64,000 nucleotides of DNA from an uncultured Gammaproteobacteria bacterium (GTDB lineage: Bacteria; Patescibacteriota; Patescibacteriia; SG8-24), in the NCBI GenBank assembly GCA_964626205.1, contig CAZVED010000003.1, positions 70,421 to 134,420 on the forward strand, written 5' to 3'. Made by a program: the position numbers and the translations under genes. Positions 49,792-59,133 of the stretch are shown piece after piece. The notes under the pieces were generated by a model. It was given only the letters and a program-made list of their open reading frames with translations, did no database searches and was not told where the DNA came from. Every line of letters begins with the position of its first letter. Within the stretch, counting starts at the first letter, position 1.

Positions 49792-50151
49792 TTATTTCTG
49801 TTCTTGCTCGTTGAGCTTCGCGGCGGCTTCCGGGGTTGAAACCGACTTTCCGATCAGCAGCAATTTAATGATTCCGACGGCAAGTGCCCAATACACGAAC
49901 ATTGCCAGCAGTGTCGTCCATTCAAAGATGCTGCCAGCGACCTGTGTTACGCGGAACACGCGAAGAAACGGGGCCGCGAAAATATACGTCGCACCGTAGA
50001 TGAATGCCGTGAAGCCGGCTTCAGCATTCGCGCCGAGGAACTTCAAGATGAATCGGAATGCGAGGAGGGCTTCGATGACTCCGAGCAGATACCATACGAC
50101 CTGTGTGCCTCTGTAGAGAGGCTTGGTGCTGGCAGCGCTAGATGAATCCAT
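49792..50151 (-). CDS. YggT-like small membrane protein (tentative)
   Basis: 119 aa, 2-3 TM. VVWYLLGVIEALLAFRFILKF resembles the YggT repeat. Confidence 0.4.
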   Translation of the reverse strand: MDSSSAASTKPLYRGTQVVWYLLGVIEALLAFRFILKFLGANAEAGFTAFIYGATYIFAAPFLRVFRVTQVAGSIFEWTTLLAMFVYWALAVGIIKLLLIGKSVSTPEAAAKLNEQEQK

Positions 50152-50308
50152 AGGTATCGTGCATTATGCGTGACATAGAATCTGACGTAAGCATACTCCG
50201 CATGTAAGGAACGCGCCATGCGGCATAACGACGCTTGCATGGTCACAGAGCGTGGCTTCCGATAGAATGAATGAGTTGCGCGCATAAAGCCTGCGCGACA
50301 CGAATCCT

Positions 50309-51529
50309 ATGCATGAACTTTCCTCATTCTTCCTCATCGTTTTCATCGGCGTCTTTTTCTCGATGGTCCGACGACGGTTGCATCTCCCGTGGGTGGTCGC
50401 TTTGATTCTTGGTGGTGTGCTTGTTGGTCCTTTCGGGTTGGGTCTGTTGGAGGTGACTCCGGTGACGAGCTTCCTTGCTGATATCGGCTTCATCTTCCTC
50501 ATGTTCATGGCGGGCTTGGAGACTCACACGTCCGCCTTTGAGGGATTCAAGGGAAAGCTTTTACTCCTCTCATTCGTGAACGGCATCATCCCGTTCGTAG
50601 TGGGTGTCAGCATCGGTGTCTTCTTCGGCTACGGCTGGCTGACCTCGCTCCTCGTGGGGGTTATTTTCATCGCGTCATCAATCGCAGTCGTCATTCCATC
50701 GCTTGAGGTGCGTAATCTGCTGCACACGCGACTTGGGCAATCTGTCGTGATGACGAGTGTCATCCAAGATATCACGAGTCTCGGACTCCTGTCGGTGTTG
50801 TTGCAAAGTTATAGCCCGGTCACGTCGCTTCCGCTCGTGGTGTTTTATCCGGTCGTTATTGCGACCATTATCGGCTTCCGGTACGCGCTACCGCGGGTCA
50901 TGGTGCTCATTAGCGGCATGACGAAGGATACGAGGGATGTCTTCCAGCAGGAATTCCGCTCGATGTTCCTCGTGCTGCTCGGCACGGTGGTCGTGTTCGA
51001 ACTTCTCGGCCTGCACCCCATCATCGGCGGGTTCTTCGCAGGGTTCGTCCTTGCTGGCACGGTTACGGATGCGGCATTGAAGGAGAAGCTCCGCACTATC
51101 AGCTACGGCATCTTTATCCCGATGTCGTTTGTGATCGTGGGGCTGCGGACGGATTTGTCGGTATTCACGAGTGATGCGCATGGATGGCCTATCATCGTGG
51201 CAGTCATCGCGGGTTCCATGCTTTCAAAGCTCGGGAGCGGCTATCTTGGTGCGCGCATGGTCGGGTTCCCGCCAGATCAGTCTCTGCTGTTCAGCATCTC
51301 TTCGATCGCGTCGCTTTCCACGACGTTGGCGGTGACCTTTGCCGCATTCACGCTCGGCATACTCGACCAGACCCTTGTGACGGCAATGGTTACGTTGAGC
51401 GTCGTTTCCGTGCTCGTGAGCCCGACGTTGATGGATATCTTCGGCAAGCGCATCAAGAGCTCGCTCTCGCTCACTGAGCGCATTCGGGCCAGTGCAGATT
51501 TCCCACCGGTTGAATCTTTGAAAAATTGA
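50309..51529 (+). CDS. cation:proton antiporter (CPA2/Kef-type Na+/H+ exchanger family)
   Basis: ~12 TM. N-terminal LPWVVALILGGVLVGPFGLGLL and GLE motifs typical of the Na_H_Exchanger family. 406 aa. Confidence 0.8.
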   Translation: MHELSSFFLIVFIGVFFSMVRRRLHLPWVVALILGGVLVGPFGLGLLEVTPVTSFLADIGFIFLMFMAGLETHTSAFEGFKGKLLLLSFVNGIIPFVVGVSIGVFFGYGWLTSLLVGVIFIASSIAVVIPSLEVRNLLHTRLGQSVVMTSVIQDITSLGLLSVLLQSYSPVTSLPLVVFYPVVIATIIGFRYALPRVMVLISGMTKDTRDVFQQEFRSMFLVLLGTVVVFELLGLHPIIGGFFAGFVLAGTVTDAALKEKLRTISYGIFIPMSFVIVGLRTDLSVFTSDAHGWPIIVAVIAGSMLSKLGSGYLGARMVGFPPDQSLLFSISSIASLSTTLAVTFAAFTLGILDQTLVTAMVTLSVVSVLVSPTLMDIFGKRIKSSLSLTERIRASADFPPVESLKN

Positions 51530-51601
51530 AATGTTGCATTCTTGACGAATCGCGGTGATGGCAGTACCGTATCGTTCGGTCTTTGTCACAGAGGAGGCAC
51601 C

Positions 51602-51955
51602 ATGAGCTTTCAGCGTGTGTTTACCGAAGCAAGGTGTGATGGCGTCGTCGCGCTCATCGAGTACCTGCGTTCGCCATGCGGTGCAGACATCATCAGTCTC
51701 GGGTCGAGCACTATCGGCCTTTTGGAGCTCATCCGTTCGGTCGAGGCCGGCGGCAATGTCGACACGGCACGGCTCCGGAGTCTGCATATCGGAAGCAATG
51801 ACGGGTCGGTGACTCCGCTTGCCTGGCTGGAGCAGCTCGCTGCGGAGTTTACGAATCTGCCGCCCTCTACGCAACAGGCATTCGATGCATTTTGCCGCGA
51901 CCTTGTGGCAATGATGACGGCGCCGAGCGTGGAGATCGATCCTGCTACGCTGTGA
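51602..51955 (+). CDS. hypothetical protein
   Basis: ATG preceded by GAGGAGG. 117 aa. The track start 51542 is an extension. Confidence 0.4.
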   Translation: MSFQRVFTEARCDGVVALIEYLRSPCGADIISLGSSTIGLLELIRSVEAGGNVDTARLRSLHIGSNDGSVTPLAWLEQLAAEFTNLPPSTQQAFDAFCRDLVAMMTAPSVEIDPATL

Positions 51956-52007
51956 GAACGTGACAGCCTTCGATGGAGCAGACGTCCTTTTGGAGTAGAG
52001 GTGAAAC

Positions 52008-52331
52008 ATGCCTACGCGACAACGGAAGAAGGGTACGACACTGACACTACTCGCGTTCTGCGAGCGATACGACATCCCCGACACGTTCAATGTGGACAGG
52101 ATTCCGGTCAAGCATCCTGAGACTGGCGGAAAGATCTATCTCATCGGCGCCATGATGGCGGAGGTCTGGTACAGGAAGAAGCCTGGACAAGCGGGGAAAG
52201 AGGGTCGGATGTGGCCCCTTGCTCAAGGCCCCGGCTTCAATCCGGGAAACCTCGAAGTACATCCGGATATTCGGAAAGAGCTCGACAGCGTCGGCTCTTT
52301 CACGAAACGTTCATCTTTGCGTTCGCGGTGA
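52008..52331 (+). CDS. hypothetical basic protein
   Basis: 107 aa. Followed by terminator gagccgacctctttgtggggtcggttttttt. Confidence 0.4.
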   Translation: MPTRQRKKGTTLTLLAFCERYDIPDTFNVDRIPVKHPETGGKIYLIGAMMAEVWYRKKPGQAGKEGRMWPLAQGPGFNPGNLEVHPDIRKELDSVGSFTKRSSLRSR

Positions 52332-52451
52332 GCGGACCTTGAGCCGACCTCTTTGTGGGGTCGGTTTTTTTGTAGCGCATTTCACTTTTTTCGACATGCG
52401 TTGCTCATCACGGCGGTGGTTGGTTTTTGATTGCACTGGTATCGTTCATGC

Positions 52452-52790
52452 ATGAATGAGAAACAGACAAGGTATCTCCGATACCTTAAACACAATCCCG
52501 AACGCTACTGGTTTAAACGGAAGCTGTACGGCTGGGGATGGGTTCCGGTGACTTGGCAGGCGTGGCTGGTCGTCGCGGGGTTTGTCGCATGGATCATCTT
52601 TGTGGCATCGCGCTTCCTGGTAGAAGGTAGGGTGGTCGAGTACGCGCTTTCCTTATTTGGCGCTTCCGTCGCCACTATCGCGATAGGATATTGGAAGGGT
52701 GAGAAACCGCGATGGCAGTGGGGTCTGCCGAAAGAGGACGACGTTACGGCTTCCGAAAAACGTTCCGTGCCCGCTCGGCCAGCGAAGTGA
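52452..52790 (+). CDS. hypothetical small membrane protein
   Basis: MNEKQTRYLRYLKHNP...: 2 TM with Trp-rich flanks. Confidence 0.35.
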   Translation: MNEKQTRYLRYLKHNPERYWFKRKLYGWGWVPVTWQAWLVVAGFVAWIIFVASRFLVEGRVVEYALSLFGASVATIAIGYWKGEKPRWQWGLPKEDDVTASEKRSVPARPAK

Positions 52791-53652
52791 ATTGGTAGGA
52801 TCCACGAGGTGTGACATGTCGCCCCGCGTGGCGCATGTAGGCTCGTGTGGCGTCCATGCCTACGAAGATGAGGAGGCCTAAGAGATAGGACCAGACGAGG
52901 ATGACGAGGAAGCCTGCTACGACGCCGTAGAGCGAGATTTTTGGCACCATGCGGACATAGAGACCGAGAAGGTAGTTTCCAAGAATGAGGAGCGTCGTTG
53001 CCATAAGCGCTCCCGGAAACGCGTCCCTGGCACGGATATCGACGTCGGGAACCATGGTGTAGAGCATGAGGAACATGAGGAGCACCACGAGGAATACCGA
53101 GATGAAGTTTCCGGCGAGAAGCAGACCATGCGGAAGACCGAAGAGATCGCCGAGGAGCGGACCGAACGTGAAGAGGAGTGTCGAGGCGGCGAGGAGTGCG
53201 GCGAAGAAAAACCCGACAGCAAAGGTCAGCACGAACCCCGCCGAGCGTTCACGGAGCGCTTCCCGTGCGGAAGGTGTCCCTGTATCCGTTATTCTCCACA
53301 TCGCGTCGAAGGAGCGGCGCAAATGCGTGTGCATTTGTGAGCCGACGATGAGAAGGATGAGAAGCGCGGTGACAAGCGAGGTCACGGACAGGCCTGTCGA
53401 GGCGAAAGCGGTAAAATGTGGTAGGAGCGCAAGAGCGGTTTCCTCGCCGGCAACCAAGGAGAGCTGCTCAACGAAGACGTCTGGGGTCATGATGTCGCGA
53501 AGGAAGAGTCCGAGAATGGAAAGGATAAGCACGAAGAACGGCGGCATGATGAAGATCGCGTGATAGGCGAAGGTCATCGCGCGTTGGGAAATATCGTCGC
53601 GCTGCATCGCCTGGACGAACATGCGGAGGAACATCATCGGGTGCCTGTGCAT
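52744..53652 (-). CDS. YihY/BrkB-family membrane protein
   Basis: N-terminal AMTFAYHAIFIMPPFFVLIL matches the YihY/virulence factor BrkB signature. 6 TM. 302 aa. Confidence 0.75.
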   Translation of the reverse strand: MHRHPMMFLRMFVQAMQRDDISQRAMTFAYHAIFIMPPFFVLILSILGLFLRDIMTPDVFVEQLSLVAGEETALALLPHFTAFASTGLSVTSLVTALLILLIVGSQMHTHLRRSFDAMWRITDTGTPSAREALRERSAGFVLTFAVGFFFAALLAASTLLFTFGPLLGDLFGLPHGLLLAGNFISVFLVVLLMFLMLYTMVPDVDIRARDAFPGALMATTLLILGNYLLGLYVRMVPKISLYGVVAGFLVILVWSYLLGLLIFVGMDATRAYMRHAGRHVTPRGSYQFTSLAERARNVFRKP

Positions 53653-53728
53653 AGGAGAGTCAGTGTCAGAATATGCTGGAAGTTTCCCATGCTACGGAAG
53701 GTGTGTCCATTGGGTGGTGGAGCGTGGT

Positions 53729-54448
53729 ATGATGGATTCCATGCAGGTACGCGCTATATTCACCCATGGGGGATTTCGTACGGCAGCAGCGATGTGTATC
53801 GCGGTTGCGGTGTTTGTCGTGCCATCCATAGGCGCGGCGCAGACTATTCCGGTGAATGCCGGAGTGGAAGCCGCCGTCCGCGAGGCGTTCGCGGACGCGC
53901 CGATAATGATTGACGTCGCCCGATGTGAGTCCCGGTTTCGTCAATTCGCGGAAGACGGATCTGCATTGCGCGGCGGCTCAGGAAAGGCCTACATTGGTAC
54001 GTTTCAGATTGGTGAGCGCCTTCACAAAGCTCCTGCCGCCGCGATGGGGTACGATATCGAGACGCTTGAGGGGAATATCGCCTACGCGCGATACTTGTAC
54101 GGACAAAGCGGCGCGGTTCCGTGGCGCGAGTGCATCCCGGCAGGAGCCGTCACGACCGCACCTGCTGCCGCGCAGGCGTTGTCTGCGAATCTCGTTCTCG
54201 GCGCGCGTGGGGTACAGGTGCTTGCCCTGCAACGGATGCTCAATGCGCGCGGATTCGCGATCGCGGCGTCCGGCCCTGGATCACAGGGCAACGAGACGAC
54301 GTTTTTCGGAGCTCTGACGCGCGAGGCGTTACGCAGGTTTCAGTGCGCAAAAGGTATCGTCTGCAACGGAGCTGAGGCAACGACGGGGTACGGACGCCTG
54401 GGGCCGCGGACCCGCGCGGCGCTCAATGCTGTCTCGGGAGCAGAGTAA
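53729..54448 (+). CDS. secreted peptidoglycan-binding protein with transglycosylase-like (Rpf-like) N-domain
   Basis: Signal peptide. CES...GSGKAYIGTFQIGE resembles the Rpf/lysozyme-like transglycosylase motif (CESGG...GYYGGLQFS). C-terminal PG_binding_1-like repeat (VLALQRMLNARGF...FGALTREALRRFQ). Confidence 0.55.
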   Translation: MMDSMQVRAIFTHGGFRTAAAMCIAVAVFVVPSIGAAQTIPVNAGVEAAVREAFADAPIMIDVARCESRFRQFAEDGSALRGGSGKAYIGTFQIGERLHKAPAAAMGYDIETLEGNIAYARYLYGQSGAVPWRECIPAGAVTTAPAAAQALSANLVLGARGVQVLALQRMLNARGFAIAASGPGSQGNETTFFGALTREALRRFQCAKGIVCNGAEATTGYGRLGPRTRAALNAVSGAE

Positions 54449-54523
54449 CGTAAGGCTTGACGGACTGTGGCCGATAGGGTGAGATGACCCGTCGGTCTTT
54501 TTATAGGAAGAGGGAGGTATCCC

Positions 54524-55639
54524 ATGCTCGTCGGTATCCTGAAGGAGATCAAGTCCGCGGAGAACCGTGTTGCCATGACCCCTGCCGGGGTAGAGATGTT
54601 CCGGCAGCGCGGTCATACCGTGCTCGTCGAGACTGGGGCCGGGAACGGCAGCGGATTCGATGATGCCGCCTATCGTGCGGTAGGAGCGGACATTGCCGCT
54701 ACGGCTGAGGAGGCCTATCGGCAGGCGGACATGGTCATGCACGTCAAAGAGCCGCAACCATCAGAGTTCGGGCTCATACGCACCGATCAGATTGTCTTCA
54801 CCTACCTGCATCTTGCGGCGGACAAACGCCTCACAGAGGCGATGATCGCGAGCGGATGCGTCGGTATCGCGTACGAGACCATCCAGAAGGCAGACGGCTC
54901 GCTGCCGCTCCTGACGCCGATGAGCGAGGTCGCAGGGCGCATGGCCGTGCAGGAAGCGGCGAAGTATCTCGAGATGACCCAAGGTGGCCGCGGCATTCTG
55001 TTGGGCGGCGTACCTGGCGTGGATCCGGCGACCGTCGTCGTGCTCGGTGGCGGCGTGGTCGGTACCAATGCCGCAAAGATGGCCTGCGGGTTGGGTGCCA
55101 AGGTCGTCGTGCTCGACACGAACCTTGAACGTCTGCGGTACCTGAGCGACGTCATGCCACGCAACTGCTTCACGGTGATGAGTACTCCGGCGAATATCCG
55201 GAAGTTCATCGCGGAGGCGGATGCTGTCATTGGCGCGGTACTCGTCGCCGGAGCGAAGGCGCCACGTCTGCTCACGCGCGAAATGCTCAAGCTCATGAAG
55301 CCCGGTGCGGTCGTCGTGGACGTGGCCATCGACCAAGGTGGATGCTTCGAGACCTCTCGGGTCACGACGCACGCGGATCCGGTCTATACGGTGGACGGTA
55401 TCGTCCACTACTGCGTCGGGAACATGCCCGGCGCGGTCGCGAAGACCTCCACGCTCGCCTTGACCAATGCCACGCTGCCGTATGCGCTCCGTATCGCCGA
55501 CAGGGGATGGCGGAAAGCGGTCGAGGAAGATCGCGAGATCAGGCTCGGCGTGAACGTCTTGCGAGGGACCTTGGTCCACCGGAAGATTGCCGACGACCAC
55601 GGTCTGCCTCACGTCGACATCGCCGCGCTCCTCGTCTGA
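54524..55639 (+). CDS. ald: alanine dehydrogenase
   Basis: MLVGILKEIKSAENRVAMTPAGV N-terminus. NAD-binding VVVLGGGVVGTNAAKMACGLGAKVVVLD. 371 aa. Confidence 0.9.
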   Translation: MLVGILKEIKSAENRVAMTPAGVEMFRQRGHTVLVETGAGNGSGFDDAAYRAVGADIAATAEEAYRQADMVMHVKEPQPSEFGLIRTDQIVFTYLHLAADKRLTEAMIASGCVGIAYETIQKADGSLPLLTPMSEVAGRMAVQEAAKYLEMTQGGRGILLGGVPGVDPATVVVLGGGVVGTNAAKMACGLGAKVVVLDTNLERLRYLSDVMPRNCFTVMSTPANIRKFIAEADAVIGAVLVAGAKAPRLLTREMLKLMKPGAVVVDVAIDQGGCFETSRVTTHADPVYTVDGIVHYCVGNMPGAVAKTSTLALTNATLPYALRIADRGWRKAVEEDREIRLGVNVLRGTLVHRKIADDHGLPHVDIAALLV

Positions 55640-55718
55640 TTGACACGTGCCACGAAGCTGGACGATATCGTCCGGCTTTTCTGTTTCATGAAACAACGAT
55701 TTTTGCTAAACTACGTAC

Positions 55719-55910
55719 ATGCCACGCTTCCGACCGTTCACTCCGCCGCCGCAACAACGCGCCGTCTGTCCGGTAAGCGGCAAACGGATGTTCGAGACCG
55801 AACGGGAGGCAGCGGAAGAAGCCGCTTGGATTCGCTCCAAAGAAGGCATGGAACTCGGCGTCTATCACTGCATGTCTTGCGACCGATGGCATTTCACGTC
55901 ATCCCGCTAA
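55719..55910 (+). CDS. small zinc-ribbon protein (CxxG...CxxC)
   Basis: 63 aa. CPVSGK...YHCMSCDRWHFTS four-ligand arrangement. Confidence 0.4.
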   Translation: MPRFRPFTPPPQQRAVCPVSGKRMFETEREAAEEAAWIRSKEGMELGVYHCMSCDRWHFTSSR

Positions 55911-55923
55911 CACGACACCTCGT

Positions 55924-56886
55924 ATGAACGTCTTCTCTTTCGCGCAGCAACGTATCGCCGTCGCCGAGCACCCGTTTTCCCGCAGGCTCTTTTCCGAAGT
56001 CGGTCCCGTGAGCGGTTTCGTTTGGACCGCCATCCGTGTCATGATCGGCTGGTCATGGTTGTCGTCAGGGTGGGGGAAGGTCACTGGCGACGGATGGGGC
56101 CCATCCGTTTTGCGTGCATATTGGGAACGTGCAGTCGCAGTTCCGGAGCAGGGGCGGCCACCTATCACGTACGGATGGTACCGTGATTTCCTTACCATGC
56201 TGCTCGATACGCAAGCGGAGTCATGGATGGCTGGCGCCATCGCGGCCGGTGAAGTTCTCGTGGGCATCGCCCTCATCCTCGGAGCGCTCGTGGGCATCGC
56301 CGCGTTCTTTGGAGCCTTTATGAACATGAATTTCATGCTCGCAGGGACGGCGTCCACCAATCCTGTGCTACTCATCGGTGCGGTCACGCTCATGCTCGCT
56401 TGGAAGACCGCCGGATGGTGGGGTTTGGACCGCTGGCTCCTGCCGTCACTCGGCACGCCATGGTCGCCAGTTTCTCTCGCAGAGCCGCTCATCGGCGCAC
56501 GGAAAGGGTACGTCGGCGACATCGAGCGTCAGACGCTCGAGAATACGTTGTATCGCAAAGTGCTCTACACCGCGCAGCACAGCCAGCTTGTCCTCATGAG
56601 CATCCGACCAGGAGACGAGATCGGGGAAGAGATTCATCACCTCGATCAGTTCATTCGGTTCGAGGCAGGGTCGGCCGATGTTCTCCTCGATGGCGTCCGA
56701 CACGACGTTGGTGCGGACTCCGCCGTGGTCATTCCGGCAGGCATGCGGCATAACGTCATCAACGTCGGAAAGGAGGACTTGAAACTCTACACCGTGTATT
56801 CTCCGCCCGAGCACAAAGATGGTACTGTCCATGCCACGAAAGCGGACGAAAAAGAGGAGCACTTCGACGGCATCACGACGGAATAA
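55924..56886 (+). CDS. DoxX-like membrane domain fused to a C-terminal cupin domain
   Basis: N-terminal 4-TM DoxX-type segment (VWTAIRVMIGWSWLSSGW...). C-terminal 110 aa cupin paralogous to the lipoprotein at 48946 (EDLKLYTVYSPPEHKDGTVHATKADE). Confidence 0.65.
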   Translation: MNVFSFAQQRIAVAEHPFSRRLFSEVGPVSGFVWTAIRVMIGWSWLSSGWGKVTGDGWGPSVLRAYWERAVAVPEQGRPPITYGWYRDFLTMLLDTQAESWMAGAIAAGEVLVGIALILGALVGIAAFFGAFMNMNFMLAGTASTNPVLLIGAVTLMLAWKTAGWWGLDRWLLPSLGTPWSPVSLAEPLIGARKGYVGDIERQTLENTLYRKVLYTAQHSQLVLMSIRPGDEIGEEIHHLDQFIRFEAGSADVLLDGVRHDVGADSAVVIPAGMRHNVINVGKEDLKLYTVYSPPEHKDGTVHATKADEKEEHFDGITTE

Positions 56887-56892
56887 TCATCG

Positions 56893-56927
56893 GAACGAAG
56901 AAGGACGCCTGCATAGGCGTCCTTCTT
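56893..56927 (+). terminator. Rho-independent terminator
   Basis: gaagaaggacgcctgcataggcgtccttcttttt: 12-bp stem plus T5. Confidence 0.65.
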
Positions 56928-56928
56928 T

Positions 56929-57255
56929 TTATCCTCGCGCACTATCCAAGCAGCTCGTGAGTTCTGATGTTTCCGTCCAACCGCAGTCGCCGTCGGCCTG
57001 GCGTTCGCAAGTCGCGGTGGCATAGCAGGAGTATTCTTCACGGTACTCGCAGGTCGTCATGATGTCCTCGTCGGCGCAGACCTGTCCGCTACAGCCGGTC
57101 GGTTTGCACCCGTTGGCTGGAGGAGACTCGACGAGAGGAGGGGAGAGAGGGTCTACGGGCGACGACGGCACGGATGATGGCATGCGATTGACGCATCCGG
57201 CGCCGAGGAGCAACAGCGGAATGATAGCGAGAGCGAATGATGGTACTTTTTGCAT
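56929..57255 (-). CDS. Cys-rich lipoprotein (hypothetical)
   Basis: Lipobox LLLGAGC. Pro-rich linker. 10 Cys in 60 aa (CKPTGCSGQVCADEDIMTTCEYREEYSCYATATCERQADGDC). Confidence 0.5.
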   Translation of the reverse strand: MQKVPSFALAIIPLLLLGAGCVNRMPSSVPSSPVDPLSPPLVESPPANGCKPTGCSGQVCADEDIMTTCEYREEYSCYATATCERQADGDCGWTETSELTSCLDSARG

Positions 57256-57265
57256 AGTCGCGAGG

Positions 57266-57841
57266 TTATTTTGCGGATACCGCGGGAATGAGGATGTCCT
57301 TCAGTGCGACGGCGATTCCTATCGCGACGGCGGCAATAAGTGCGTAGCCGAACATGATCTGAGCGTAGGACCATGGGAGTCCGCGTAAGGTGCCGAGGAC
57401 GATTGTTGATGACCAGGAGACCATGGAGAGGGCGCCGCTTGCGAGGAGCCATGGGCGCCGGCGCAGGAACGTGGGGGCATCGGAGAAGGGAATCCCGATA
57501 TGTTGGTGGATGATGGGAAAGTGCAGGAAGTGGAACGCGAGCCCGTTCACCGCGATGATACCCACGATGGTCGCCTTCGCCAAGAATTTTGTTGATGCGA
57601 GGTACTGCGCGGGATCAGTACTCACGAGGCCGACGCCGGAGGCGACAAGAATGGCAAGGCCGCCCCAGACCATGATGCTGCCGAGGCGGAGGAAACGGAC
57701 TTCCGTCGAAGAGAGGCGTCCGCCCTTAGCGCTGGTCATGAACATGGCATCGCTCATGAAGGCGCCTCCGGCGCCTATCGCGACGCCAAACAGATGGACG
57801 ATGAGAAAAGAAGTTTTTGAGTCAATCCATTCCATATGCAT
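57266..57841 (-). CDS. hypothetical polytopic membrane protein
   Basis: ~5 TM. Start at Met 57841 or 57835 (MHMEWIDSK). Co-directional with, and 10 nt upstream of, the lipoprotein gene. Confidence 0.5.
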   Translation of the reverse strand: MHMEWIDSKTSFLIVHLFGVAIGAGGAFMSDAMFMTSAKGGRLSSTEVRFLRLGSIMVWGGLAILVASGVGLVSTDPAQYLASTKFLAKATIVGIIAVNGLAFHFLHFPIIHQHIGIPFSDAPTFLRRRPWLLASGALSMVSWSSTIVLGTLRGLPWSYAQIMFGYALIAAVAIGIAVALKDILIPAVSAK

Positions 57842-57900
57842 ACAGCATAGCATATGGCCGCGATAGCGCACCCCCGCCAAGTACGCTATGCTGCACGTAT

Positions 57901-58980
57901 ATGGACATCAAGGATATACGGTCACGCGTCTCGATGGGAGCCGTCCTTACGGCAATCATGCTTGCGGCAACGGGTTTCGCGGTCGTCGTTTCGCGGAACG
58001 GTGATGGCGTAGGAAGCAAGCAAGGGGACATAATAGAGACGACTCCAGCGAAACCAGAAATCGACAAGGCGGCATATGACCGCAAGCTCCTTCAGCTTGC
58101 GCATGTTGACCCAGACGCCCCTCATGTGCCGATAGAAGACGGAACGGTGCCAGAGCCGCGGTTGTGGCCCGTACAGGCGGCGTATCCAGAGGTCGGTGCC
58201 ATCCTTCCCTTCAAGCGCATCCTTGCCTACTACGGAAACTTCTATTCCCGCGGCATGGGTGTACTCGGAGAATATTCGGAGGACGTCGTACTCGATATGC
58301 TGCGGAAGGAAATTGTGGCATGGGAAGCGGCGGATCAGGAGACGCCGGTCATGCCGGCCATCGACTATATCGCGGTGACTGCGCAGCTGAGTCCAGGCAA
58401 AGACGGCATGTACCGGCTTCGCATGCCGGACTCCCAGATCGACAAAGCCATCGCGCTCGCAGAAAAAATCGACGGCATCGTCATTCTCGAAGTGCAGCCA
58501 GGGCTTGCCGATCTTATGGACGAGGTCCAGGCACTCGACCATTACCTGGTGCTGCCACAAGTACACCTTGCAATCGATCCAGAGTTCTCGATGAAGACCA
58601 AGGCGCGGCCAGGAACGGTCGTCGGTACCGTTGATGCCGTAGATGTGAATGCGGTCGCAGAACACCTCGCCGCGCTCGTCCGCGAAAACGATCTCCCGCC
58701 GAAAGTGCTTGTCGTGCATCGGTATACCCGTGCCATGGTGACGAACGCTGCTGGCATCGTTCCGTTGCCGGAGGTACAAATCGTGATGGACATGGACGGA
58801 TGGGGGTCGCCTGCGAGCAAGTTCGCTACCTACAACGCGTATATCGCTCCGGAGCCGGTACAGTTTACGGGGTTCAAGGTGTTCTACAAGAACGACGTGC
58901 GACATGCTGGTTCACGTCTCCTGACGCCTGCGGAAATTCTCTCGCTTACGCCGCAGCCCTCGTTCATCCAGTATCAATGA
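57901..58980 (+). CDS. hypothetical membrane-anchored extracellular protein
   Basis: MDIKDIRSRVSMGAVLTAIMLAATGFAVVV signal anchor. 359 aa. No family recognised. The track start 57817 overlaps the divergent gene. Confidence 0.55.
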   Translation: MDIKDIRSRVSMGAVLTAIMLAATGFAVVVSRNGDGVGSKQGDIIETTPAKPEIDKAAYDRKLLQLAHVDPDAPHVPIEDGTVPEPRLWPVQAAYPEVGAILPFKRILAYYGNFYSRGMGVLGEYSEDVVLDMLRKEIVAWEAADQETPVMPAIDYIAVTAQLSPGKDGMYRLRMPDSQIDKAIALAEKIDGIVILEVQPGLADLMDEVQALDHYLVLPQVHLAIDPEFSMKTKARPGTVVGTVDAVDVNAVAEHLAALVRENDLPPKVLVVHRYTRAMVTNAAGIVPLPEVQIVMDMDGWGSPASKFATYNAYIAPEPVQFTGFKVFYKNDVRHAGSRLLTPAEILSLTPQPSFIQYQ

Positions 58981-58983
58981 AGA

Positions 58984-59013
58984 AACGGCCTTGCCCATCC
59001 GGCGAGGCCGTTT
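58984..59013 (+). terminator. Rho-independent terminator
   Basis: aacggccttgcccatccggcgaggccgttttt. Confidence 0.6.
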
Positions 59014-59031
59014 TTCGTTTGTTGCGTAAAA

Positions 59032-59079
59032 ACACAACGTATTGTGGTCATTTGGTCCTTTATCCACAATATCTAGTGG
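59032..59079 (+). promoter_or_regulatory. tandem NrdR-box-like 16-bp palindromes upstream of nrdB
   Basis: Box1 ACACAACGTATTGTGG (59032-59047). Box2 CCACAATATCTAGTGG (59064-59079). Centres 32 bp apart. Both fit acaCwAtATaTwGtgt. Confidence 0.55.
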
Positions 59080-59133
59080 TAGAGCGCTATCGTCGCTTTC
59101 CGTTCGGTGGTAGACTTCCCGTAACGAACCACT

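Noticed and set aside
54761-55696. 311-aa minus-strand ORF antisense to alanine dehydrogenase
   Set aside because: Shadow ORF opposite a highly conserved ald.
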